Shown: positions 22,866 through 33,607, counted from the first letter of the stretch. The stretch: DNA of 33,607 nt from Vitrella brassicaformis CCMP3155 (GCA_001179505.1 CDMY01000669.1:1-33607), one strand, 5' to 3'. The notes: generated by a model from the letters alone, not told the origin. Numbers and translations: made by a program.

Positions 22866-25800
22866 GGAGAGAAGTGCAGAGGACTTTCCTGTGTGCGTGT
22901 GTGTGGTGTGTGCAGGTGACACCTTCAATCTGGTCGTTTCAGATGCGTAGGTCGTTTCCTAGCCTGGTTTTTTTGTCTCTGAGGGACAATCGCATCACGG
23001 CCATCGACACGGGCGGCGTGCAGCTGGCACTCGACCACGTCGACTTTTCCAACAACTCGCTCGTGGACGTGGCGAGCGGCGACTGGAGTTTTTTCGACGT
23101 CCTACATGCAAGGTTCACGGAGAACCCAGACTTGAGGTACGACTCAGTCGACCCCATACCGATTGAGGTGAGAAAAGGCGGGTTGTGTGCGCTGCAGGCG
23201 ATGGCGGTGTATCATCCTCTGTGTGTGTGATTGTATGTCTATCAGAAGTGTCAGGATTCGCGTCACAACTTCAGCGAGATGATACCGAGACCACTAGTGC
23301 CCGATCCGCAGGGTGGGTACCGTAGCACAGCACACGCAGACATTCACTGCCATCGTGATGACGCCTATGCGTACTTGATACAGGATATGTCGTGCGGACG
23401 TTGGACAACGGCGAGGAGCGTTTCGAGTGCACCGAGTTCTGCTCCACATTCAACAAAATTGAGGTCAGCGATCAGCCAGCCAGCAAAAGACGCTCGCGTA
23501 CAGTCACTGTGCTCGGTGTCCGCACAGGTCGACTACACCATCAACTCGGATGCGCTGTGCCGCTGTCTGCCCGGCTACGAGGGCACGGGGGCCAACTGTA
23601 CCATATGCCCACGGAACACATACTCCAAGAGAGATGACGGCACACGAACCTGCGAACAATGTCCCGATGATGCAGGTCAGCAGCATTTGACCGCTTCCGA
23701 CTATATACACGATTGGCTTTAATTGTCCAGGTTCTGACGAGGGGTCAGCTGCATGTTACTGTCGTCTTGGCTACGAGAAGAGGGGCGACGAGCCGTGCGA
23801 GCCGTGCACGGAGGGATCTGTCGGGGAGCGTAAGGGCGGCACTGACGGTAGCCGGCGCACATGGATCTGCCGAGACTGCCTGCCTGGCGTGAACTGCTCG
23901 GTACCTGTCAACTACAAGGCATCAGTCGTTCCAGGATTTTTCCAGCTCACTGTCGAGCTTCAATCGGACGCCTCGTCCCACGCCACACGAGAAGTGACAA
24001 CGTAAGAACACACACTTGGGATGCATGTGAGGAGTTGTGCCTACTTTCCTGTGATCAGGTATGGTGAAGGCTTGACTCGCTTGCCCATAGTGATGCAATG
24101 TCCAGTGAAGTCGGCATGCCAGGGCACCAATGAGACTACAGGACTCAACATATGCTCGGTAAGAAATATATCATCTCTCTGGCAGCCGCCTTTGTATGTA
24201 CGTGTGCCTTTCTGTGTCTCAGGAAGGGCATGAGGGATTCGTGTGCAACCGGTGCAAGGCGACTTTCTCGCGGCAGACGCCCCGTTGGCCCTGCAAACCA
24301 TGTGCCGCACTGTGGCAGATTATCGTGGTCAATGTGCTGTTCGTTGTCACAACTCTGATGGCCATCTTCATCCTCACAGCACTCGCGGAAAGGTCAGCAC
24401 GCATCTACGTGTCTATCGCACAAGCTCGTCCGTTCGCACTGTACCTGTGTTGTGTGTTCAGGGCTGCTTCCTCTCCCCGTGCTGAAGTGCCGTCGCAATT
24501 AATCAAAATTGGGCTCTACCACATCACAGCCGTACGTGAAAGATGACACATGCGCTCACCTTTCACAACCTCTTTGCTGTGACGGTGTGTGTGCAGGTGG
24601 GTGGTCTGGCCTTTGTCGTGTTCGACGAGTCCCTCGAGAACGACCGGATATCGTCGCTGATCGGGTCGTTTTTCGCGTGGGATGGAGGGGTCTTGCAAAG
24701 CTACCAGGTGTGGGAGTGTGTGCTGAGGCGACATGTGGGCGAGAGATGCGTGCTCTATCGACATGCTTTGTGGCTGGGGCTTCCGCTCGTCTGGCTGACC
24801 GTTGTGCCACTCATTGGTGAGGACACCAGTCTGGAAGGAGATGCCTTGTGGTCATTTTGCCTCGGTTCATGGCTGCAGCAAGCGCGTTTGACAAAGTGCG
24901 TGGTGCATTCAAGTCGAGACGGCGCAGGAGCAGCGACCGTTCGACTGACACTTATCTGCGAGCCCCCCAGCGCCCCCAGCCTTCAGAAATGGCAAGGCAG
25001 AGCAGCCTGACACACATGGCCCTCACCAGCGGCCGATCAGCTTCCAATGCTCTCGGATCGAGCCACTGACACCGCCGTCATGTCAGCACACCTCAGCAGA
25101 GCACCGCAAGTGGTGTAGATGGCGGCATTGGCTTGACAACAGGAGCAGTATGATGGTCGTCATCATCTTATTCGTATATCCCACGGTGACCAGGAGCATG
25201 CTGGCCCTTCTGCGCTGCCGGCCCTACCCCTATGTGGACCCTGTCATCCCTGTCCCGCCAGGCGAGAGTATCACTCTGCTACCTACCGACCCGACGGATG
25301 ACATGCGGCCGAGAATGGACGTCGACTCGGAAGTCATATGCTGGTCTGCCGAGCATGCGCCCTTCATGTGGATAGCCGTGGCTGGTCTGCTCGTGTGGAC
25401 GTTTGGCGCGGTCATGTGTGGCGTGGTCTATTTGTGGTGGCACAGAGATGGCCTGCAGGAGCACCAAACGCGCAGGCGGGTGGGCTTCCTCTATGTGGGC
25501 TATCGGAAGCCGTTCTTCTACTGGGATGCCGTGCTGGCCATGAGGCGTGTATTAGTGCTGCTGATTGCACAGCAGGCGACAGCGCAGCCCCGCCTACAGC
25601 TGCTTAGCTGGATGGCGGTCGCCTCTGTGTGCCTGGTGCTGCAACTCATTGTGTGGCCGTTCGACCGCGCCAATATGGACATTCTGAATCGCACTGAGCT
25701 TCGGGGGTTGCTGGTGTGGCTGATGTCGTTATTTGTTATCCATTTTCTAGTCATGCTGGCGGACGGGGGCTCTTTCATCCTGACGATCGCGTTGGTTCTG

Positions 25801-27418
25801 GTGGTGATTACTGCCAATCTGGCGCATTACGTCACAGTTGTGGCAGAGGTATATCGCTTCTGGCTGCTGCAGATGAGTTACAGATACACGGCCGTCTTCG
25901 ACCGCAGCAAGGCTATCGGTGAGCGACGAGCAGTGAGATATGGACCAACTTTCAATTGTGTTTCGGCTCTTGTCGTGTCGTCTCAGCTCGTGTCATGTAT
26001 GGGGGTATGATGGGCCCGCTGATGTTGTGGCTCATTCGTCGTGAGGAAGACAGACGGCGGGTCTCGCCTAAGGTGTTCTACGACTGGTCCAACGCGGCTC
26101 TGTTTGTCGATGGCCCCCCTGTTCCGACATTGGGTCGGCCTTTACGGCCAGCGCGTCGAGCTATAACGGCGATGCAGCTGACCTCCGCTGCGGTGCAGGA
26201 TGTGATGGAGACCCTCAAACTCACACACGTGCCCAGCGACTTGTAAGCAAACACACATTCCATGCCTACGCCTTTTTGTGCCTGTGTTTGTGTGTGGTCA
26301 GCCACGAGTTTCTCTGGAGCCATGCCTTTCTGGTGCAGAGCCTCCGTCAGAAACTAGTAGAGATGCGTAGCCGAAGACGGGACGAGGCGGTCGTACATCT
26401 GCCGAGACCTGATGATGAGAGCACCATGGTAAGACAATGAAGAAAGCGCCCACATGTGCGTGCCAGTGTTCACGGGATGCGGGTTGGCCAGGGGTTGCGG
26501 CATATGCAGACGGTCGACCTCTCATATGCATTCCTCAACCAGTGCTCCAACAAAGGTCAGCTTGCTCTATCACCGCGGTCCAACACACCGGGTCACCTTG
26601 TCATGCGATGGATGCAGTATCAGCTCGCCCCTTAGACAGCAAGACATCTGGTGATGGCTCGTGCGGCCAGTTGGGGGACAGTCGGGTCGAGGGAGGGTTG
26701 GCAGACATGTAACCAAGACAAAAGCAGCTCTGAGACCACTGCTAATGTCATTGTGACGCTTATCCCGTCTATGTGTCAGGGGCGAGGCCGCTGTTGTGTC
26801 GCCAGGCATCACGCAGGAGGCCGCTGTTGTGTCGCCAGGCATCACGTTGTACGATCTGCAAGCCAACTTGTGCTTTGTGGTGGACGAACTGATTGCGAGA
26901 GAGCACCACCACCAGGCGGCCTTGCGGAGGGCTGACGGCAGTGATCTGGAGAGGGCCGATGGTGAGCTGCACCATCGTCACAGTGGCGGCTGGCGAGGGC
27001 TCTACGAGGCATTCAGGAATGCCAAAAGGACCCTCATCGCGGCGGGCAGTCGACCGGTCAGTGAACGTGAGAGCACGAATGTGAACGAACGGGTGGCCAT
27101 TGCTTGATCTGTTTACTACAGGAGGCCATCCCCGAGGTCCTCGCCAGCCTTGCGCCTACCATGATAGAGACATCAGGGGAGGGAAAAGACGTGCACATCA
27201 GTGGCGCCTCATCGCCCGTCAGCGCAAGATCGCAGCAGAGCGACCATCCTACTGCCCTCAGACCTCATTGTCATGTCGTGCCACTCGACTGGAATCGGCT
27301 CAGCAGCGACGGGTCGGACAGTGCGGCTCTCACGACAGTGTCTATTTCTGCCGAGGCCTCGGCAGTGAACGATGCGGTGGCGTCCATGGCAGCAGCCAAT
27401 ATCGATGATGAGGATTGA
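19719..27418 (+). CDS. LRR receptor-like membrane protein: signal peptide, many plant-type extracellular LRRs, Cys-rich (GCC2/TNFR-like) stalk, multi-pass TM domain, cytoplasmic tail; many exons
   Basis: Signal MMSVFPHPIMILPPVVLVALCSSLVASS; 24-aa LRRs such as LSGPIPAELGQLSKLRQLNLADNR and FSGPIPSSLTNLSRLEALVLART; stalk CRCLPGYEGTGANCTICPRNTYSKRDDGTRTCEQCP; TM exon 25150 onward with LLRCRPY...EVICWSAEH...GFLYVGYRKPFFYWDAVLAMRR...VWPFD...ILNRTEL. Stop after IDDED at 27418. No kinase domain seen. Confidence 0.9.
20965..21833 (+). repeat. Tandem array of four duplicated intron + LRR-exon units
   Basis: Four near-identical introns of about 90 nt (20965-21055, 21200-21292, 21365-21453, 21596-21692; GTAGATACCGAC...CTCCCTCTCCATGGATGTCTG..TAG). 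Each is followed by an exon starting TTGTCGGGTCCC: 21056-21199 (144 nt), 21293-21364 (72), 21454-21595 (142), 21693-21833 (141). Confidence 0.92.
22808..22915 (+). repeat. Representative intronic compound microsatellite: (CA)n-(GA)n at the 5' side, TG-rich at the 3' side
   Basis: Intron reads GTAGCCACACGCATA(CA)n(GA)n...GTGTGCGTGTGTGTGGTGTGTGCAG. Similar tracts occur in many introns of the window. Confidence 0.9.
26784..26849 (+). repeat. 33-nt in-frame tandem duplication in the LRR receptor tail
   Basis: GAGGCCGCTGTTGTGTCGCCAGGCATCACG is repeated, giving EAAVVSPGITQ / EAAVVSPGITL. Confidence 0.9.
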
Positions 27419-28239
27419 GCGAGTGAGGTGTCAACTTGCGTTGCGGCACTAAAGGCAGACGTGCATGTGACAAGTTTGTTGTGACCTCCTGTGAAGGCGA
27501 GTGTCGTTGTGTTGTGGCCGTCTTGTCGCATAGTGTTTTCTAGTATGTGTCGTCATCTGGCTGTGAGCGAAGGCCAGTTGCAGACATGTTTTCCTTTTGT
27601 GGAGTCTGTCACAAACCGTAGTGTCGGTGGAAGCTACAATTGTTGCTCAGGCAGCTGTGTATATGCATGCATATGTGTACACACGTGTCGATTATACTCA
27701 CGTGTAATCGACATGTGTATGAGGAATGTGGCGAGTCTACTGCAATATGTCCTGTTGGGGCTTGGGGCTTTTGCGTGGTGTCTGGTTGTCTTGTCGTATC
27801 GGATTTTCTGCCGTCGTCTGGCTGCGAGTGATAACATCAGCCACTTGCAGATATGTCTTGGGTTTTTTGAGGCAACAAGTGTCGCTTGCACTCAGGAAGC
27901 TGTCTATATGTGTGTATACTTTGGGTGTACGGATCGCCCCGCCACGTTCATAGTCTGCTCTTCACATGGCGGGCTGGGCCATCTGCATGCCCAAACGCAA
28001 CCGTCATTTACTGTCATGGTTCATTGCTTTATTGGTCAAGGAAAAACGTTGCCGATGAATGACAAAATACCTGTGTACATACGTGGATGCTGCGGGCCTC
28101 CTGTGTGTGTCGGTTTTTCAGCACCAATTGGTCGGAAGGCATAGGCATGGGTACTAGCTGTATGCGCCTCCCGTTCACCGTGGGCGGCGCTATGGTGTCG
28201 TCGATATGTTGTGTTGTGTGTCGATCTGTTGTGAAGCTC

Positions 28240-30200
28240 ATGTAGGGCGTCCCTTCATCAAGCAGAGCCCTTCACGAGCGATGTGCCCTTTTGTGTGAAT
28301 GTGCGTGCGGAGGTTAGTGACTGTGCGTGTGCATGTATGTGTGAGCTTGACGACGAGTGTGCCTGAGTGTTGCCCTGCCTGCTGTGACTTGACTCGTTGC
28401 TCAAAAGCACGGAAGTCGATCAAGTAATACACAGGTACTTCAAGAGGCCAAACAAACGTCTGGGAGAAGTTGCTTCGCAGTGAGTGGCTGCACGTGACTG
28501 ACCCACCTGCACGCGCACAATACACACGCACCCATCCAAACACACACGTGTAGATGCATGTCACTTTGCTGACTTACCAAAGAGTTCGCGCAGGTCCCTT
28601 CGCGCATTGAGTTTGACGCACAGCTTGCGGGGGATCTTGATACATCTTAATCAGACGCATGCATCATGCTGTGCAAATTCTGCACACACACATACATACC
28701 CACGTATCAGGCGACTGATTGATGTATATGTCACCTGGTGAGTGAGACAGAGGCCGTCCAGCAGGCGCTGCCAACAGCCGGGCACCGAGTCCCTGTGTGT
28801 GAGTGAGCGCAGAAATTTGCGCATTTGCACGGGTAAGATTCATGCATCGGCGGATCGGTCTCTGTCCGTGTGTCGGATACCTGGGTACGACTTCCCAGAG
28901 TGACGACTGCACTCCCCCGCCCTCCTCGTCACCAACACCCGTGCTGAACCACAACCATCACCCCCCCACACACACAACAATGAGGGCTCACGCGTTGATG
29001 TCATTCATTCACCATGTGTCGGCATGCGTACCTGCTGGGCGTGTGCTTCTTTGGGGGGATGTTCGTGTCGGGCACCAGAGGGCTGCCCGCACAGGTGAAT
29101 AGGAGCATGCACGTACAGCCACGTATGCACACTTGCACATGTCCTGCGTCGCCTGGACGTACCGCGGACGGTCGACAGGGACGTTGGTGGATTGACACAC
29201 GCATCCATCCATACCCAACACAACACGTGTATGAGTGGGTGGGTGGGTCCATGCTTCAGTGTCTCACTCACCCATGATGCTGCTGATGCCGATGGTGGTT
29301 GCTCGGACAGCTGTTCGTGCGAACTCCGCAACCTAGACGCGCACACATCCATCCATCCATCCATGGAGACAGGCATCGGTCAATGAGTGTGTATGTGTGC
29401 GGGTACCTCTTTGTTGAGTCTGTCCAGCTCTCCTTGCAGTTGTCGTCAGTCGTGCTGGGGCAGACAATGCAGGAACGCTGCACACCACAAACACACACAC
29501 GACACAAGCATGCATACATCCATCCATACGTGCACCGACCGAGAGATCGTGTGGATGTGTGCGTGTGTGTGGTCTTTACGTGCGCCATTCTTCGGCACCA
29601 TGCATCCGTGTCGCGTTTGGAATGGGGCCGACAGAGCCGCCGCTCCTCCACTAGCAACAGAGAAACATACACGTGGGGGTGTCCGTGGGTGCGTACCTGA
29701 GGAAGTTGACGCTTTCGATAGGTACGTACCGCATTGATATATGTGAGTGGGCGTCCACATGACTTCCATCATAGCAAAACATGGTGGTCATAGCACTAAC
29801 AAAACACACGAATAACTCATCCATCCATCCATGCGCGTGCAGTGAGTGCGCCTGTGCTGTCTCTGGCGACCTGAGCATTCTGTAGCTGAGAGTCATTTTG
29901 TAGAGCGACGGGGGCAGAGACAGAGGTAATGTCATAATAAGGGGTATTCATTCATTCACACATGTCCGTGTGCTCATTGTGGGTGGGCGTGTGTGTTCAT
30001 ACGCATAATGGTCGATGAGGTCCGTCATGGTGGCCATGGATAGGGGCAACGCAAGGGCCACATCCATCCAAATCACCTGCAGGAGGCGATGATACGCACA
30101 AGTGAATTTCTGGGTGTCTGTGGCCCAGTGGGAGAGGGTGCGTGTGTACCTATGTATGTGTACCTTCTCCAACATGCGAGCCTCTCACGGGCACAGACGA
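28240..30200 (-). other. Probable spliced minus-strand gene or gene relic, product unknown
   Basis: A series of short segments bounded by CAG acceptors and GT donors is separated by microsatellite-rich introns. Some joins give protein-like text (CIKIPRKLCVKLNARRDLRELFGGSVTCSHSLRSNFSQTFVWPLEVPVYYLIDFRAF; EARMLEKVIWMDVALALPLSMATMTDLIDHY; RQLQGELDRLNKE). I could not build one stop-free frame. Confidence 0.3.
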
Positions 30201-30375
30201 GGAACATGGATTTGTGTCTTCGTGTGTGGACAGAGCTACGCACTGTATGGACGTACCAATCTTCGCTGTCTGACATTCCTACACACGTACCAAGAATCTA
30301 TGAGAGCTCCTCGTGTGGGCACGCACGTACACACCGGGTGTGAGGCAGCCGGCCAGGTGGTCCTTCGTCCTGCTC

Positions 30376-30574
30376 GTCCCCTCACCCCCGGTGGTCGTTG
30401 ATTTTGCCGACGACGAGGTGCGCCCATGTCGGCGGCTTAGAACTACCTCGGTCAGATTTCGCCGTGGGGTTAGCCAACCCTAAACCTTAAGCCCTAAACC
30501 CTAGAATAAACCGAGCCGCCAAATTTTAAACCCTATCACCCTAAAAACCCTGGAGTTCAACACATACTTGACTG
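30376..30574. repeat. Dispersed ~195 bp element, copy 2, followed by an inverted telomere-like tract at 30575-30589
   Basis: Aligns end to end with 16959-17152 in the same orientation and is followed by AGGGTTTAGGGTTTT. Confidence 0.9.
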
Positions 30575-30605
30575 AGGGTTTAGGGTTTTGGGGATATTGA
30601 GTGAC

Positions 30606-31379
30606 CAAAGTCTATTCGTGCATACGCACGTGTGCGCACAGAGACATTCATCATATGCAGACACTCCAAGTCCACATGTAGAATTTACTTTCAAGCTAGG
30701 ATCCTATCTCCGACGTCAACGCGCTCCGAGCGCGGATCTTGCCCCCTTGCCCAGACCCCTTCCCGCGGGCGTGATGTACGATGTGCGTTTGACGTACGAT
30801 GTGGAAGAGGCGATCTTTAACGTGCAAGCGTTAGGTCTTCCAGTCATTTCCCTCCTTTCTTTCGCCAACTCGCTCTCTCTTTCTCCCAGCCTAATCTGAT
30901 ACGTGTCTCTACCTGCTCTACACTGCTTGTTCCTTTCAGCGTTTTTGCCTCTGTCCTCAGCTTCTCTTTTCTCTGAGCACCTTCAGTGTGTGTTGTCCCT
31001 CGGTGGTCGAAAATGACGACGGCTCTCGCGCGCCTCCTCGTCATCTGCTTCTTCGGTACACACAAAAACACAGAAACCAAAGACCAGTCTATGCGACCCT
31101 GTCCTTCTTCATGCAGCCGCCGCGTGCAGTACAGGGGGTCGAAGCGCTTCGGCGAGACCAAACAGAGTGAGAAGGATGGCCCTGTTCTCATGCCCACTGC
31201 ACACTTGTATTCTGTATGCAGGCGTCAAGGTCTTCGCTTCAGGCGGCGTCAAGGTTTTCCCCTCATCAAACAGTACTGACAGTGGTGCCGATGCGGCAAC
31301 TTCCCGCCGACAACTTGAAGGTGCTAAAGCGACGATCAGATCACCTACCCACACGAACACCTCTGTGTGTGTGTGTGTG
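30606..31379 (+). repeat. Segmental duplication copy A (upstream region plus exons 1-2 of the germin-like gene)
   Basis: Matches 32059-32842 from CAAAGTCTATTCGTG up to the (GT)n tract, with scattered substitutions and small indels. Confidence 0.92.
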
Positions 31380-31862
31380 NNNNNNNNNNNNNNNNNNNNN
31401 NNNNNNNNNNNNNNNNNNNNNNNNNNNNNNNNNNNNNNNNNNNNNNNNNNNNNNNNNNNNNNNNNNNNNNNNNNNNNNNNNNNNNNNNNNNNNNNNNNNN
31501 NNNNNNNNNNNNNNNNNNNNNNNNNNNNNNNNNNNNNNNNNNNNNNNNNNNNNNNNNNNNNNNNNNNNNNNNNNNNNNNNNNNNNNNNNNNNNNNNNNNN
31601 NNNNNNNNNNNNNNNNNNNNNNNNNNNNNNNNNNNNNNNNNNNNNNNNNNNNNNNNNNNNNNNNNNNNNNNNNNNNNNNGCGTCTTTGCGTACAGGGATG
31701 TGCCCGAAGCGCATCAGATGTACGTGTCCCAGACCCACACAGCCGGGCCTGGTGGGAGTGGCGTGCGTCAAGGTGGGCAAGGCATGGGTGATTTATGTCG
31801 TGGTCGTGAATACGGAGAAGAGCAGCATTCAAGTCATCGCAGACTTGCTCAACCAACAGTGA
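31013..31862 (+). CDS. Partial or chimeric paralog: germin-gene exons 1-2 plus an unrelated terminal exon across the gap
   Basis: Exons 31013-31055 (MTTALARLLVICFF) and 31222-31320 copy germin exons 1-2. After the gap, acceptor TACAG at 31695 opens exon 31696-31862, which is phase-compatible and encodes GMCPKRIRCTCPRP...QVIADLLNQQ*. Gap content is unknown. Confidence 0.45.
31380..31679. other. Assembly gap (300 N)
   Basis: Run of N beginning immediately after a (GT)n microsatellite. Confidence 1.
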
Positions 31863-32058
31863 CTGACTAGATAGATAGATTGTGCCTCATATATAGTATT
31901 TACTTATCTGTACCCTGTGGATATGATGTAAATGCCCAGTGGCTGGTCGTTTTGGATTGTATGGGATGTGCCCGCTTCGTGAGCACATGCATATTTGTCT
32001 TCATGTATCCGTCGTGCATGACTGCTCCATGGCTAGATTTGCAATGCTAACGCACAGT

Positions 32059-32842
32059 CAAAGTCTATTCGTGCATACGCACGTGTGCGCACAGAGACAT
32101 TCATCATATGCACACACTCCAAGTCCACATGTAGAATTTACTTTCAAGCTAGGATCCTATCTCCGACGTCAACGCGCTCCGAGCGCGGATCTTGCCCCCT
32201 TGCCCAGACCCCTTCCCGCGGGCGTGATGTACGATGTGCGTTTGACGTACGATGTGGAAGAGGCGATCTTTAACGTGCAAGCGTTAGGTCTTCCAGTGAT
32301 TTCCCTCCTTTCTTTCGCCAACTCGCTCTCTCTTTCTCCCAGCCTAATCTGATACGTCTCTCTACCTGCTCTACACGGCTTGTTCCTTTCAGCGTTTTTG
32401 CCTTTGTCCTCAGCTTCTCTTTTCTCTGAGCACCTTCAGTGTGTGTTGTCCCTCGGTGGTCGAGAAAATGACGACGGCTCTCGCGCGCCTCCTCGTCATC
32501 TGCTTCTTCGGTAGACACAAAAACACAGAAACCAAAGACCAGTCTATGCGACCCTGTCCTTCTTCATGCAGCCGCCGCGTGCAGTACAGGGTGGTCGAAG
32601 CGCTTCGGCGAGACCAAACAGAGTGAGAAGGATGGCCCTGTTCTCATGCCCACTGCACACTTGTATTCTGTATGCAGGCGTCAAGGTCTTCGCTTCAGGC
32701 GGCGTCAAGGTGCTCCCCTCACCAAACAGTACTGACAGTGGTACCGATGCGGCAACTTCCCGTCGACAACTTGAAGGTGCTAAAGCGACGATCAGATCAC
32801 CTGCCCACACGAACACCTCTGTGTGTGTGTGTGTGTGTGTGT
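32059..32842 (+). repeat. Segmental duplication copy B
   Basis: Near-identical to 30606-31379. Confidence 0.92.
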
Positions 32843-33556
32843 GACAGTGCCGGAGAGATACAGCGGGGCATCGGACGAGAAGGACTTCTTCGCGGAGCTC
32901 AATCAGCGCCAGCTGTTCGATGCGGACGACTTTCGGTTTGAGTTCGACGAGGCCGAGGTGGAGTCGGCAAACGGCGACCTACGCCCGAGGATGATCGACA
33001 CCGATCCTGTTCTTGCCGTCCTGCCCAGTGAGGGCGTCGCTCAGAACCTGGTATGTATGCATAATGTATCCCACTACCAAAGGGCGAGTGGAAGCTGTGC
33101 TGAAGGATGTGGTCTCGTGTGTTGTCTCTGTTGTTGTTTGACTGACAGGTGACTTTGGGGCCTTGTGCTGTGAATCAGCCGCACGTCCACCCGCGTGGCA
33201 TCCAGGCTTCCTTCGTCCTCAAGGGCCCGATATTCTTCGGCTTCCTCGAGGAGAACGGCGGACGTTTCATTTCGGCTGACATAGAGGAGAACCAGAGCAT
33301 CGTCATCCCCCAAGGATTGATCCACTTTGCCCAAAACCGAGGCTGCGACACTGTGCAATTTCTCGCCAACTTTGACAACCGCGACCCGGGCGTCCTGACG
33401 ATCGCCTCCAACTTCTTCACTCTTCCTATAGACACACTACGTGGAACCCTCGAAGGGCTAGACGACGAGACGATCAGTCGGGTGGCCCAGATAGCTAAGA
33501 ATGCTGCCAATCCCTCGAGGGACCCCGCGTGTGCCCACGCGTGTGGATTGGCTTGA
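32468..33556 (+). CDS. Secreted germin-like / spherulin-1-like cupin, 4 exons, 250 aa
   Basis: Exons 32468-32510, 32678-32776, 32848-33050 and 33149-33556 join in frame (753 nt). Signal MTTALARLLVICFFGVKVFA; germin box 1 LGPCAVNQPHVHPRGIQ; GFLEENGGRF; box 2 IPQGLIHFAQNRGC; FDNRDPG; terminal ACAHACG as in spherulin-1-like proteins. Confidence 0.92.
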
Positions 33557-33607
33557 GGGAGGGAGGGAGTGTGGCATGCATGGCGTAGTATGTGGGTGCC
33601 GCGTGGC

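Noticed and set aside
30700-30899. ORF ...GVMYDVRLTYDVEEAIFNVQAL... in both duplicate copies
   Set aside because: No ATG context or family recognised, and conservation is explained by the recent duplication.
31109-31870. ORF-track entries spanning poly-X
   Set aside because: Artefacts of translating through the 300-N gap.
1-33607. tRNA, rRNA, transposase, reverse transcriptase or kinase genes
   Set aside because: No convincing signatures seen by eye. The EARMLEK..TDL fragment near 30000-30200 is too weak to call a kinase.

Overview
Intron-rich, GC-rich eukaryotic DNA with short GT-AG introns full of (CA)n, (GA)n, (GACA)n and (TG)n microsatellites. The style suggests the chromerid alveolate Vitrella brassicaformis (inference, no search run). 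Left to right: the first exon of a minus-strand membrane or secreted protein gene running off the left edge; a phospholipid-scramblase-like gene (+); a large Venus-flytrap (ANF-receptor type) / Cys-rich / multi-TM receptor-like gene (-); a GPR1/FUN34/YaaH (SatP-family) transporter (+); a disrupted BTB/POZ gene (-); a plant-type-LRR / Cys-rich / multi-TM receptor-like gene (+) containing a tandem array of duplicated exon-intron units, one of them frameshifted; a poorly resolved minus-strand spliced region; and a germin/spherulin-like cupin gene whose 5' ~780 bp is duplicated across a 300-N gap. A ~195 bp dispersed element occurs twice (16959-17152, 30376-30574). It combines pseudoknot-compatible pairings with degenerate AACCCTA telomere-like repeats. 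Exon boundaries were derived by hand, and whole-gene coordinates include introns.
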